Of a stretch of 64,000 nucleotides of DNA, positions 37,101 through 43,709 are shown piece by piece. The position numbers and the translations under genes are program-made. The stretch covers positions 43,497 through 107,496 of the forward strand of contig CAADYP010000018.1 of NCBI GenBank assembly GCA_900753315.1, in the 5' to 3' direction. Within the stretch, counting starts at the first letter, position 1, and each line of letters starts with the position of its first letter. A model generated the notes under the pieces. That model was not told the DNA's origin and searched no databases. It saw only the letters and a program-made list of their open reading frames with translations. The stretch comes from Clostridia bacterium (GTDB lineage Bacteria; Bacillota; Clostridia; Christensenellales; UBA1242).

Positions 37101-40100
37101 ACTAAGGCAGATAAAGTAAATATCGTAGATGGCACTGCTGACAATAATTGGAGACAAGGAATCGATTCAACGAAAGTTGTTTCAATTACATCTGAAAACT
37201 TGGAAGGGGCATCATGTGTAATCTATGTAAAAGCAATTAAAAGTGAAGGCGGTTTGAATTCATACACAATTGAATATGTTGATGCAGGAGAAAAAAATGA
37301 TAATGGAACATACAACAATGAAACAATTGATCAAGTCCATACACCTTCTAGTGATTATAAAGATCCATTGTTTGGAACAGAATCTGGAGAAACAGAACCA
37401 AAGGGTATAATTTTGACTGGTATAACAGCATATGGATATGAAAACACATATGGCGGAATTGATTTGAGTTCTATTATGACTTCAAGAGTTCACTCAATCT
37501 TTGTAAAAAATATTGAATTCTATTATGGCGAACAAAAGATTGGAACATGCAGTTCAAAGAGCACGGCAAACAAATACTTAATAACAAACAAAGGGTATTC
37601 ATTCTCAACAGATGGAACAAGTTTGGAAACAGGAAAGCCTTACACTTATGATAAAATGGGCTTTACAGTTCCAGTTATTGATGACAGTTATTTGTATGGA
37701 AATGGAAATGCTTTGTCTCAAGTAAAGATGGTTATTACTTTGACCGACGCAGAAAATAATATATGTCAGGTAACATCTTATGTTGCATTGGAAAGACAAC
37801 AAGATCTTAGCAACATCTTTTCAAGTGAAATTGTTTATGATGGCTCTTCACCAGTTTCTAGCGATTCGGAGAACGTTTATAATGACACATTGGAAGTTGA
37901 GTTGAAATCTGGAGAAAGTGTTTCTCTTGTAGTAAACAATAATGATATAACAAGTGTTGACATTGATACAAGAAGCTTGGTAGACAGCACTGGAACAACT
38001 AAAATTGCAAACATTATTACTTTGACAAACAATAAGACTTATACTGTGAAAGAATATGTGGGCATTTCAACAAGCATTGTTGGGCTTACAAAAAATCTTG
38101 ATACAACTTCAAATTTCTATATAATGGTTGTTTCAAAGTCAGGAACGCCTGGACTCTTCTATAATGGCAAAACAATTGCTGTTGACACAAATGGAAAAGC
38201 TTCTGCAACAATTGAGAAGTATAGTACAAAATCTTTAATAATGAACATTGAAAATGTTGCAGAACTTAACAATCAAAATTACAAAGCTGAAACATTGTAT
38301 TTCTTGTATAATGGTAAGAAAGTATATCAAACAGTAAAAACTTTCAATGTTTATCCAATTTATTACAAAGCGGCAACAAATGAAAATGTTACAGATGATC
38401 AAGAAACTATAAAGGTAAACAAATATCTTAAAGTTTCAAATGGAACAAACTCTTATTATGTAATGCAACTTTCAGATTGGGCAAAAGGAATCAATCTTTA
38501 CAATAAAAATTCAGTGCCTCAATCTTTAAGTGGTATTGGAGGTCAATATTATACATTGCATTACGAAATTAACACTAGTGCAGGTGGCTCTGGTTCGGCA
38601 TTTATTGATGAGACTGGACTTATAACAACAACAGAAGATTTTAATTTTGTGTCTCATACAATCACTGTCAATGTTTATTGCAAGGTGTCTGGATATGATG
38701 GAAACTTTGAAGACATAAACACAAGATTGAAACTTGGATCATTTAGACTTTATCTTAATACTTCAATAACGCTAACAGGTTCGATAACTGGTGGACAGGC
38801 AGTAAAAATTGACAACAGCGTTGTGGTTATTCCTGCCGGATATACTCTTTGGGGAACAACATCTTCAGATACAATTTCAGATAGCATTACTTTGTCAAAC
38901 ACTGCATTTTCAATTGAAGTTGGACAAGAAATTGATTTTGCAGCATTGTTTGGTTTGGATTTGCCAAATGTCAATTATCATTTGGTATCATATGAAAAGT
39001 CAGGAACCAAAACATATACAAACTTCAACAATGTCAACTCTTGGACATTTAATGAAACTGGAGAATACACGCTTGAAATAGTCGTTGTTTCAAGGGAAAA
39101 GGTTTCCAGAATAGACGGTGTTAAAATTTTGGTATACAACACATCTGTTACCGAATCACAAAGTTCTTCAGGAAATATAGGCGATACAATTGGTTTTGAT
39201 ACTACTGAAACATGGTATGATATTTCTGATGGGAAATATGAAGAAGTTACAGGCTTCAAAAGTGCTGAAAAAGGTATTTATACTAAACAATATATAGTAA
39301 TAAACAATGAAACGAAGGTTTCAAAACTTGTAAACAAAACTTTCTATATTTATACTAAAACTAAAGAGGTCACAGTGGCATTAAACTCTAAAGCCACATT
39401 CCAACTTTCTTCTTTGGTTGAATTGAAAGAAAATGAAAGAGTCGATATTTATAAAATCATAGATACAAAAACAATAACAAAGAGAACCTCTGAATCTTTT
39501 GCCTATGCAGAAAATACTTATATTGGTGCAAATTACATTGCTGTAATAAAAGAGCAAGGCAAGGTCGATATTAAAAATATTGTTTTGTATAATGTAACTT
39601 ACAAATTTACTTCTTCTACATTAAACAAATTGGGTGTTTCTATTGCTGCTGGGGCTAAGCCAGAAACTGCAGAAAACACAATTAAAGAAGCAATTAAAAA
39701 AGACAAAGGAATTGATTCTAGTGTTTCAGTAAGTTTGATGAATGACTATGGTGTCACAAGTGCTTTTGCTTATGATGATAAAGGCGAAAGTCTTGTTGCT
39801 CAAAAATATTTTGTTGAATATACTGACAAAAATGGAAGCACAAAATTTGCAAAATATGAAATCACATTCTTTGTTTATCAAAGTGAAATTAAAATTTCAC
39901 AAACTGTAAGTGCTGGTGCTACGTTCATTCTTTCTACTTCTTTGAATGAGAAAGTAAAGAAGAGTACTGGGAATGCTGATTTTACGGGGACCATCTCTTA
40001 TTACACAATTAGTGGAGCATCATTGCAAAATATTGAAGAGATGACAATTACCAAAAGCGAAACAAGAGAATGTTATGCTCTGGTAAATGGGAAATATTAT

Positions 40101-40130
40101 AAAATCACATTGAGATTTACAGTAGAATAA
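28197..40130 (+). CDS. Giant (3,977 aa) N-terminally anchored or secreted surface protein, beta-rich, with at least some Big_2-like Ig segments; putative adhesin
   Basis: A single uninterrupted 11.9-kb ORF with an RBS TGGAG. N-terminal signal/anchor MKKRGVLSLWKVIVLVFASLIGVAGASVFGVYL. Big_2-like segments occur early (VSSINVGVKGIETTGEILEVVVGTTFELETAFTPSAS). Composition is Asn/Thr/Ser/Val/Tyr-rich. There is no LPXTG motif and no C-terminal TM helix. Confidence 0.85.
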   Translation: MKKRGVLSLWKVIVLVFASLIGVAGASVFGVYLSGGFNEKHVDPQDMSFDTNLSEGEGYYNTNLGQYEVASDFKLVIRTTTEGVTEKKVTLSLKNTKVSEGGYVSDGIIRVPQIVSLNTPFSVTLEKGQVESFDEWVKGGTSVLTAKSSNILLTAQTAKIAVDVPVSSINVGVKGIETTGEILEVVVGTTFELETAFTPSASRYLFSDSSRDKNVYFANSSAYIHYDWTNRNFVADRRSGNATDTITVYTFANSYYQKTILESITAQFSGNPTDEEFSSAVTSYLSNHPEVCISKTVALKVLDIDVASVEVGNSGNIFSMYLDQYHTVTAASVNGDNTLNVSIKDSKNNSLNALMGNVGIKISKGIPQLAIYGGQVVKVVKTDDGVTITKENFGNLADYYNAPEGIDYYVLPNSSPKEFRDYFWRFAASAKIDNVSLKVNFFYEDEDGNLKKFFETDSAEKEIVILAEEHDYEEDPAWTRNDAISMTINFDGNGNAIPSHRDLADDLNPINKDNIYKTVRYFLFIDQDDENYADINVTDVFTCKAGIEYTALTDIQGAVQKNGYILYELNGSVLTAVQSFAGKVKVIAMTIKTDADNKPYIENGRYQIVKVSRAKEIKVESTLSIVNFDPKISFGDGVRPNAQFDNDYYISAINRNADGSQKTMITFELTLSQSKDTNTDKAKVIAAFNSGNLTIVCLDKTGKETNAYVTLQGLVDKGVDAGKITFQGTLAIEENYFAAGRNSLDKGVFVRLQLKYNDGKDVHKKIVTVKNDEEKDYFYIYYQQPIKVEFEYTKDAALLDKDDDKIIDPINVNITATSGIKIGWGNKDIADVNALNDMFAYKLTDQYNNQIDANSSIYSIRLEETLEEGYTESIIGLDSTMTKIKTFISTQGQTRTSYLTIYVVDKDGNRVNIFDENGNVTQQQMKSDTITFNIASEGVSKLEYATKDVVIKGEGNQEEYANSSTLSQATVRKYVTTDDEIDIASLLKVYTKNAGDEDTLVEDVVYKFDNDFISGLSAANKKDIMKMFNVLTADDGGNWLGANTEESEYKSIEAFKNKSIKRMKILSPFKEDTQVVFSVRDKNETLFDISLVLILKSDITISQSFNLYYEANKDYLVQEANAIGVFAGESYNLDEYVKLNSYKGSNAAGDSTYTWKKGIGAVSLEASETGVFNANPSNICSLSNEAEGIILNIANIYNFTIVRITLYYGFNSFYACNITFTLYVNPNILVKVNGTKETPYINLEKMINGSVGENISDKYNIYRLTNYIKNGTLDAFVLDEISYVNNSTDKYVKIGEDGKFYYETGTNSINFTLGQTFNQVFKIRAKSGDTSQDIDAVLLFDNGQGKKITLCDAKSHLSINFSVGYGELGLEEELASTVFADTVNVKTLIYNGETNLLLKQSTSDIYKMRDGFTINKAEGSAVYYSNNKILCTRNITGFMSVGNLVNVERTLLDSVGTNLKIIISLNAIVTKVGEKFVYYNNGETPEDETGMIFNAFGNVDFAKLTSSNYADLQDENIYQVLEAGKEYKIVHNSVEPLTDLKNSFGFYYDSNLSGIKDETASYRLSIVEDATGYVTGLATLAKGKDGDSLNTVLKISHLENSYQDAYIVLRFELYEFTGTVGNLTWYYRIKVNPSFTVGKVSYPYSENGEYLNEYSSYYDSATGNYVIDFSENFTAQNSNNLTGKRFADVEWKNTENPATTLAHYAVKSATINGEEITDFASYFNFNTYENEGDYEKVSIKLVDANAKITVILERTLYVDGIKMIGSAMQYRLMFNQGANYIHSLKADSTTLTAKNNVYDVSIKASATETVLTPSIMISSNGTESKVEDFNAYISGTTEELSSSLKFMGYVKKGAKLYSDEGTTEVETLDVDLIIGTWLEAQYSDNYVEVTKDANVYYVSKEDIAYTYAYLDDSKKLHVRAKDKITQDKTFEIGFYTDERVVFKVNLTVTSYFEYRLNDSISFMGGKQYDAVGEDNGIFASLTANKSGVTAALSNIKLTGKNNRPYTYKKATAGTYSASTQYYVLSSGQYIAVETSNADDLENYYVVDLHLSDLFKFENGKVEFAHLTENVTFNFTATINSEYSFDFTLEVKDSFNVNTLRRYMDTNIRYGAVKFDVKLDVIQTSLADLMPKIEGGKTEYVFEDGTTEKTITPEEVNDATICNQKSTILCKFDGKTMFSFEVEYRYTTRPNVKISTNYPAPDGKNVLDKEYLSAKGGSGEFKTATISDFFGSKALFGLGNRITVENLAKDENGNVNIDQNWTITVSSITNAKVNVNGKIILSDSADKLVGTATNAAPNVNLTFSMIDSSRDATVTFDVIINKVTVNYTIVIVATDVIQVSTNAPNYLNNREVIYAEDLTKQNDKNLFKQNRIVNYTLKSSVTVGTEYYLRYTNTSGEVKVVSITAKNVGETTNIDVGESMTGYTYKATYTSKIAAESGLESSVISDETIYEVFPTLTSRIVIKYYDGSTVAFGENVTLSLRKEKKEASINADEVALSGEDFQNEAKYEIKVKMGTEEISTSSQYILYLDIEFAVDGNADSAEGYTTVEINAGTELPLLSYTSFGIKNARTGLLYNQDSMYASGGSLSLSILGFSDTAIKDDSQAKKIHDNLTRKAGKDLTKEIVYSTGLIPRAGVSELNSAGSNEDLTKNYITLSGILKNGKTVDYNINAQGANNDGNHVMMRVTYTVNVGLGNPITSTHNILFKVLPNSTMRFKSQNEDSQIFNNASTEIVNGQTVASNYVAPYDIVYAAGDGFAKVNFWTTKPTDTGKATSVIVANMYGKTANSANKFTYSYNPDLGKQGYNEKDLLNKSDESDLWGANGWSKEDSVYKSKPLDSSLKNVGVTISPITLGTTGYIFELENDFGYKAKFYIKISANENPTIYSAPQTLKEEDKIAVGLRYQTVTPAKDASGDYQLYQNIIYRKKVDLNEYANVLKITGKDNIDTMIMEATLTKNVGELTAGSKIYKTFTKADKVNIVDGTADNNWRQGIDSTKVVSITSENLEGASCVIYVKAIKSEGGLNSYTIEYVDAGEKNDNGTYNNETIDQVHTPSSDYKDPLFGTESGETEPKGIILTGITAYGYENTYGGIDLSSIMTSRVHSIFVKNIEFYYGEQKIGTCSSKSTANKYLITNKGYSFSTDGTSLETGKPYTYDKMGFTVPVIDDSYLYGNGNALSQVKMVITLTDAENNICQVTSYVALERQQDLSNIFSSEIVYDGSSPVSSDSENVYNDTLEVELKSGESVSLVVNNNDITSVDIDTRSLVDSTGTTKIANIITLTNNKTYTVKEYVGISTSIVGLTKNLDTTSNFYIMVVSKSGTPGLFYNGKTIAVDTNGKASATIEKYSTKSLIMNIENVAELNNQNYKAETLYFLYNGKKVYQTVKTFNVYPIYYKAATNENVTDDQETIKVNKYLKVSNGTNSYYVMQLSDWAKGINLYNKNSVPQSLSGIGGQYYTLHYEINTSAGGSGSAFIDETGLITTTEDFNFVSHTITVNVYCKVSGYDGNFEDINTRLKLGSFRLYLNTSITLTGSITGGQAVKIDNSVVVIPAGYTLWGTTSSDTISDSITLSNTAFSIEVGQEIDFAALFGLDLPNVNYHLVSYEKSGTKTYTNFNNVNSWTFNETGEYTLEIVVVSREKVSRIDGVKILVYNTSVTESQSSSGNIGDTIGFDTTETWYDISDGKYEEVTGFKSAEKGIYTKQYIVINNETKVSKLVNKTFYIYTKTKEVTVALNSKATFQLSSLVELKENERVDIYKIIDTKTITKRTSESFAYAENTYIGANYIAVIKEQGKVDIKNIVLYNVTYKFTSSTLNKLGVSIAAGAKPETAENTIKEAIKKDKGIDSSVSVSLMNDYGVTSAFAYDDKGESLVAQKYFVEYTDKNGSTKFAKYEITFFVYQSEIKISQTVSAGATFILSTSLNEKVKKSTGNADFTGTISYYTISGASLQNIEEMTITKSETRECYALVNGKYYKITLRFTVE

Positions 40131-40165
40131 TTTTTCTAAATTAAAATTTATCGGAGGGAATTTTT

Positions 40166-41611
40166 GTGAATGTATGGTTTTGGGTGTTTATATCTTACAT
40201 CTTTCTCAACTTTTTAATAGCCATCTCCATGATTTTCTTTGAAAGAAGAAAATTGACCAGCATTATAAGTTGGTTGACAGTGTTGACATTTTTGCCTTGG
40301 ATTGGATTTTTACTTTACATCATTTTTGGCAGTGGACTTTCCATAAGAGTTAAAAAACTTATTAAAGAACACAAACTTTATGAAACTGAATATGATGAAC
40401 AGATAAAAAAGTATTTTTCCTCTGAAGAAGACAAAGCTCTTGACCCAGCCGTGCCTGGCATTGTGAAATGTTGTTATTATTATGGAAGTATTTTGTGTCC
40501 AAAGAATGAGATAAAGATTTTCACAAGTGGAGAAGACAAACTCAATGCTCTGATTGCAGATTTGGAGAACGCAAAACAAAGCATCAATATTGAATACTAT
40601 ATTTTTGCAGATGACAAAACAGGGCAAAGAGTAATGAGCACTCTTATCAAGAAAGCGAAAGAAGGGGTAAATGTTAGACTTATTTATGATTCAATTGGAT
40701 GTTTGGGTGCTCCAAGAAGGTTCTTTAGAAAGTTGAAAAAGGCTGGTGGAGAAGTTGCAGAATTTTTTCCACCATTTGCCCATATTCGTATGATAAATCT
40801 TAAAATGAATTATCGTAATCACAAAAAAATTGTGGTTATTGACGGAAAAATTGCTTATACTGGTGGTGTAAATATTCGTGATGACCATATGGGAAAAAAG
40901 AAAAAACTATCACCATGGAGAGATACTCACATTCGCATGACTGGAACGGGTGTTTATCCTTTGCAAAATGCTTTTTTAAATGATTGGCGTTATGTGAAGA
41001 AAGAAAATGTAGAGTCCCATGTTTATACGGAAAAGGGGTATTTCCCAGAGCCAGAAACTGACGGAGATGCTTTTGTGCAAGTTATCACTTCTGGGCCAGA
41101 TAGTCCACTTCACAACATTGAAGATGCATATATAAAACTTGTTACAAATGCAAGAAAAGAAATTTTGATTCAAACACCATATTTCATTCCTGATGAAGCT
41201 TTTATGACTGCACTTCGAGTTGCAATCGCTAGTGGAGTTAAGCTAAAAATTATGGTGCCTTATAAACCAGACCATCAAACAGTCTTTTGGGTGACTCAAT
41301 CTTATTTGAAAGAGTTTGCCGAACTTGGGGCAGAAATATATTTTTATGATGGATTTTTACACAGCAAAACTTTAGTTGTAGATGATGGAATTTTGTCTAT
41401 TGGCACCTGCAATTTGGACAATCGCTCTTTCAGTTTAAACTTTGAAGATACGGTTATCATCTATTCAAAAGAAAAAAATGAAGAATACAAAAGTTATTTT
41501 GAGGAAGATTTGAAACACTGCTTTATGGCAGATGTAAAATACTTTAAGAAAAAACTTTTCTTAACTAAATTTGCACAGGCGATTTTTAGATTATTCTCAC
41601 CAATCTTATAA
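40166..41611 (+). CDS. cls: Cardiolipin synthase (PLD superfamily, two HKD motifs)
   Basis: 481 aa with a GTG start and RBS GGAGGGA. It has two N-terminal TM helices and HKD motifs HKKIVVIDGKIAYTGGVN and HSKTLVVDDGILSIGTCNLDNRS. No terminator lies between it and the giant gene (35-nt gap). Confidence 0.9.
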   Translation: MNVWFWVFISYIFLNFLIAISMIFFERRKLTSIISWLTVLTFLPWIGFLLYIIFGSGLSIRVKKLIKEHKLYETEYDEQIKKYFSSEEDKALDPAVPGIVKCCYYYGSILCPKNEIKIFTSGEDKLNALIADLENAKQSINIEYYIFADDKTGQRVMSTLIKKAKEGVNVRLIYDSIGCLGAPRRFFRKLKKAGGEVAEFFPPFAHIRMINLKMNYRNHKKIVVIDGKIAYTGGVNIRDDHMGKKKKLSPWRDTHIRMTGTGVYPLQNAFLNDWRYVKKENVESHVYTEKGYFPEPETDGDAFVQVITSGPDSPLHNIEDAYIKLVTNARKEILIQTPYFIPDEAFMTALRVAIASGVKLKIMVPYKPDHQTVFWVTQSYLKEFAELGAEIYFYDGFLHSKTLVVDDGILSIGTCNLDNRSFSLNFEDTVIIYSKEKNEEYKSYFEEDLKHCFMADVKYFKKKLFLTKFAQAIFRLFSPIL

Positions 41612-41633
41612 AAGATATAAATACAAATACTAA

Positions 41634-41665
41634 AAAACATTATCGAAATTGATAATGTTTTTTTA
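41634..41665 (+). terminator. Rho-independent terminator after cls
   Basis: AAACATTATC-gaaat-TGATAATGTTT followed by TTTT. Confidence 0.7.
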
Positions 41666-41724
41666 ATAAAAGTATTACTTAAAAAGTTTTGATTAAAAAT
41701 TATTTTTATTGAAATAATCGTTGT

Positions 41725-42516
41725 ATGGACAAAAACATAAAAAAGAAAAATAAAAAACCAACTTTACAAGATAGATCCAAGCCTAGAAAAAGAGTTGTGG
41801 GAACAAATCCTATTGAATATCTTGAAACTTTTGACAATTCGGCGATGGCAAAAGAGATGAATTTGTTTTTAAGTTCAAATTATTCAAGAACGCTCTATGA
41901 TGCCATATTGGCAAATCTGATTGCACTGACAGCTATTGTGCTTTCAATGTTTATTCCTGTCGTAAGTTTTGGTTTACCATTTTTGATTGCAATTTACTTT
42001 GAAATAGGTTTGTGGGGTTATATATATAAGAAAGAAAAAGGACAAAATTGTCGATATGAAGATGTCTTTGTTTCTATCAAGAAGTATATAAAAATTTTCT
42101 GTATGGCGGTTGCCAAAATATTCATGGTCTTGTTCTGGACAGTGATGTTTATTGTTCCTGGAGTGATTTGTCTGTTAAATTTGTCTTTTACGGGGCTGAT
42201 TTTGTATGAGAGTGACGACCTTGATGTTAAAGGAATAATTATGTTGAGCAAAGAACTCACAAAGGGCTATCGCTGGGCCATTTTCTTCTGGGCTTTGGTT
42301 TCGCTTGCGTCAATTTGTGTGGCAATGTCTCTTGCATTTATGATCATTGTGCTGTTTGATTATTTCTTGGTAGTATCAAACATTGTCTATATTGTTGTAG
42401 TGTTAAGTGCTGCCATTTTGGACTTTGTGCTTTTTGCACTGCCAATGATGGAATTTACTATCACAGATTGTTATATCTTGGCTAAACAAAAACGAACATC
42501 AAAATGTTATTGTTAA
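41725..42516 (+). CDS. Polytopic membrane protein (DUF975-like)
   Basis: 263 aa with a basic N-terminus followed by ~5 TM helices. The layout resembles DUF975 integral membrane proteins. This assignment is tentative. Confidence 0.45.
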   Translation: MDKNIKKKNKKPTLQDRSKPRKRVVGTNPIEYLETFDNSAMAKEMNLFLSSNYSRTLYDAILANLIALTAIVLSMFIPVVSFGLPFLIAIYFEIGLWGYIYKKEKGQNCRYEDVFVSIKKYIKIFCMAVAKIFMVLFWTVMFIVPGVICLLNLSFTGLILYESDDLDVKGIIMLSKELTKGYRWAIFFWALVSLASICVAMSLAFMIIVLFDYFLVVSNIVYIVVVLSAAILDFVLFALPMMEFTITDCYILAKQKRTSKCYC

Positions 42517-42603
42517 AATTTTTACACTTGTATAAAAAGTTTTTGTTTTTGTTGTGTTTTTTCAAAATTTTCGCTATAATCTATCTATAAAAAGGAGAAG
42601 AAA

Positions 42604-43152
42604 TTGGATTATAGAGATTTTACGCCACGAGCAACCGCTTTTAATGAATTTGTAAAATTGAGAAGAGTAATTTTGGACAGTGCTGACGACAATACTTTTT
42701 CTGACTCTTTCACAGAGCTGTGTGCAAGAGCGATGGCAAATGACCCTGTTGCACAAGATGTTGTAGCTTATTTCTTCAACAAAGGTATTCCTGACAGATT
42801 GTATCCAAACTTTGAATATTATATGTCTTGGGAGATTTTGGCAGGAGCAAATGGAAACGAATTTGCACTTGAAAAACTTGAATTTTTCTTAAATCCATCT
42901 TTAAATCAAATTTTTGATGATGATGAAATTTTGGAGATGGCATTGAAAAGAAAAAATATCACAAAGGACAATGCGTTGTTTGTGGTAAGCAATTTGCTTT
43001 GTGAGGGGATTGTGGATGAAATGAAGCTTGACCCAAAACAACTTGTAAAGTTTAAGCAAGTTTTGTCAAATTATGCACCAGAAAAAAATAGACCGTTTTC
43101 AAAAGCTCTTGACAAATGCACACCAGAGATTGTGGAATTTTTAGTCTCTTAA
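42604..43152 (+). CDS. Hypothetical protein with a possible Sel1/TPR-like repeat
   Basis: 182 aa with a TTG start and RBS AAAGGAGAAG. The segment DPVAQDVVAYFFNKGIPDRLYPNFEYYMSWEILAGANGNEFALEKLEFF is Sel1-repeat-like. Weak call. Confidence 0.4.
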   Translation: MDYRDFTPRATAFNEFVKLRRVILDSADDNTFSDSFTELCARAMANDPVAQDVVAYFFNKGIPDRLYPNFEYYMSWEILAGANGNEFALEKLEFFLNPSLNQIFDDDEILEMALKRKNITKDNALFVVSNLLCEGIVDEMKLDPKQLVKFKQVLSNYAPEKNRPFSKALDKCTPEIVEFLVS

Positions 43153-43671
43153 AAATTCAGGGGCGAATCCTTCACATGAAAAACTTTCCGCAAAGATGCT
43201 TGATATATTTGTGATAATGCAGTTGCAAAGTTCGAGTTCGCCACTTTTGATTGAAAGAAGCATCAATTTTAGGATAAGCATATTTTCAAGGCTTACTAGA
43301 CTGAAAAAAGTTTGATTTTCATCAACCACACATTTAAATTTGTGTGGTTTTTTGTTTCCAAATTTTTCACACAACAAATTTTCAGATTCAATCAATCTTT
43401 CTTGCAAGATTATGCTGTCTATATGTTTTTTTAGTTTGCATAGGCAAGCAAGCATTTTTTCGATAACAATTAAAATTTCGTTTAAGAGCAAACAAAATTC
43501 TTCTTCCTCAAGTCTGACAAAAACAAACCCTTTTTTCTTCAAAGATTGAGAATATGCTTTTGCGATTTCTTCAAAATTTTCTGGCATCAATTCATCATCA
43601 TAGATATTTTCCATGTTTTTATTTATGCAGTATGGCAAAAATGTGTTTTGCATTGCAATAAAAAAGCCCAT
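43141..43671 (-). CDS. Hypothetical protein (start uncertain)
   Basis: 176-aa ORF. The annotated start overlaps the terminator hairpin of the upstream gene, so the true start may be Met7 (43653) or Met20 (43614). No convincing RBS and no family recognised. Confidence 0.35.
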   Translation of the reverse strand: MGFFIAMQNTFLPYCINKNMENIYDDELMPENFEEIAKAYSQSLKKKGFVFVRLEEEEFCLLLNEILIVIEKMLACLCKLKKHIDSIILQERLIESENLLCEKFGNKKPHKFKCVVDENQTFFSLVSLENMLILKLMLLSIKSGELELCNCIITNISSIFAESFSCEGFAPEFLRD

Positions 43672-43690
43672 ATTAATGGGCTATTTTTTT
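43664..43690 (-). terminator. Terminator after the T4CP gene
   Basis: Minus-strand AGCCCA-ttaata-TGGGCT followed by TTTTTT. Confidence 0.6.
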
Positions 43691-43709
43691 GGCTTAAATT
43701 CATTCTATT

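Noticed and set aside
28502-39259. About 20 short ORFs, on either strand, inside the giant gene
   Set aside because: All are embedded in, antisense to or out of frame with, a single 11.9-kb open frame with coherent protein-like composition. None has an RBS or recognisable motifs.
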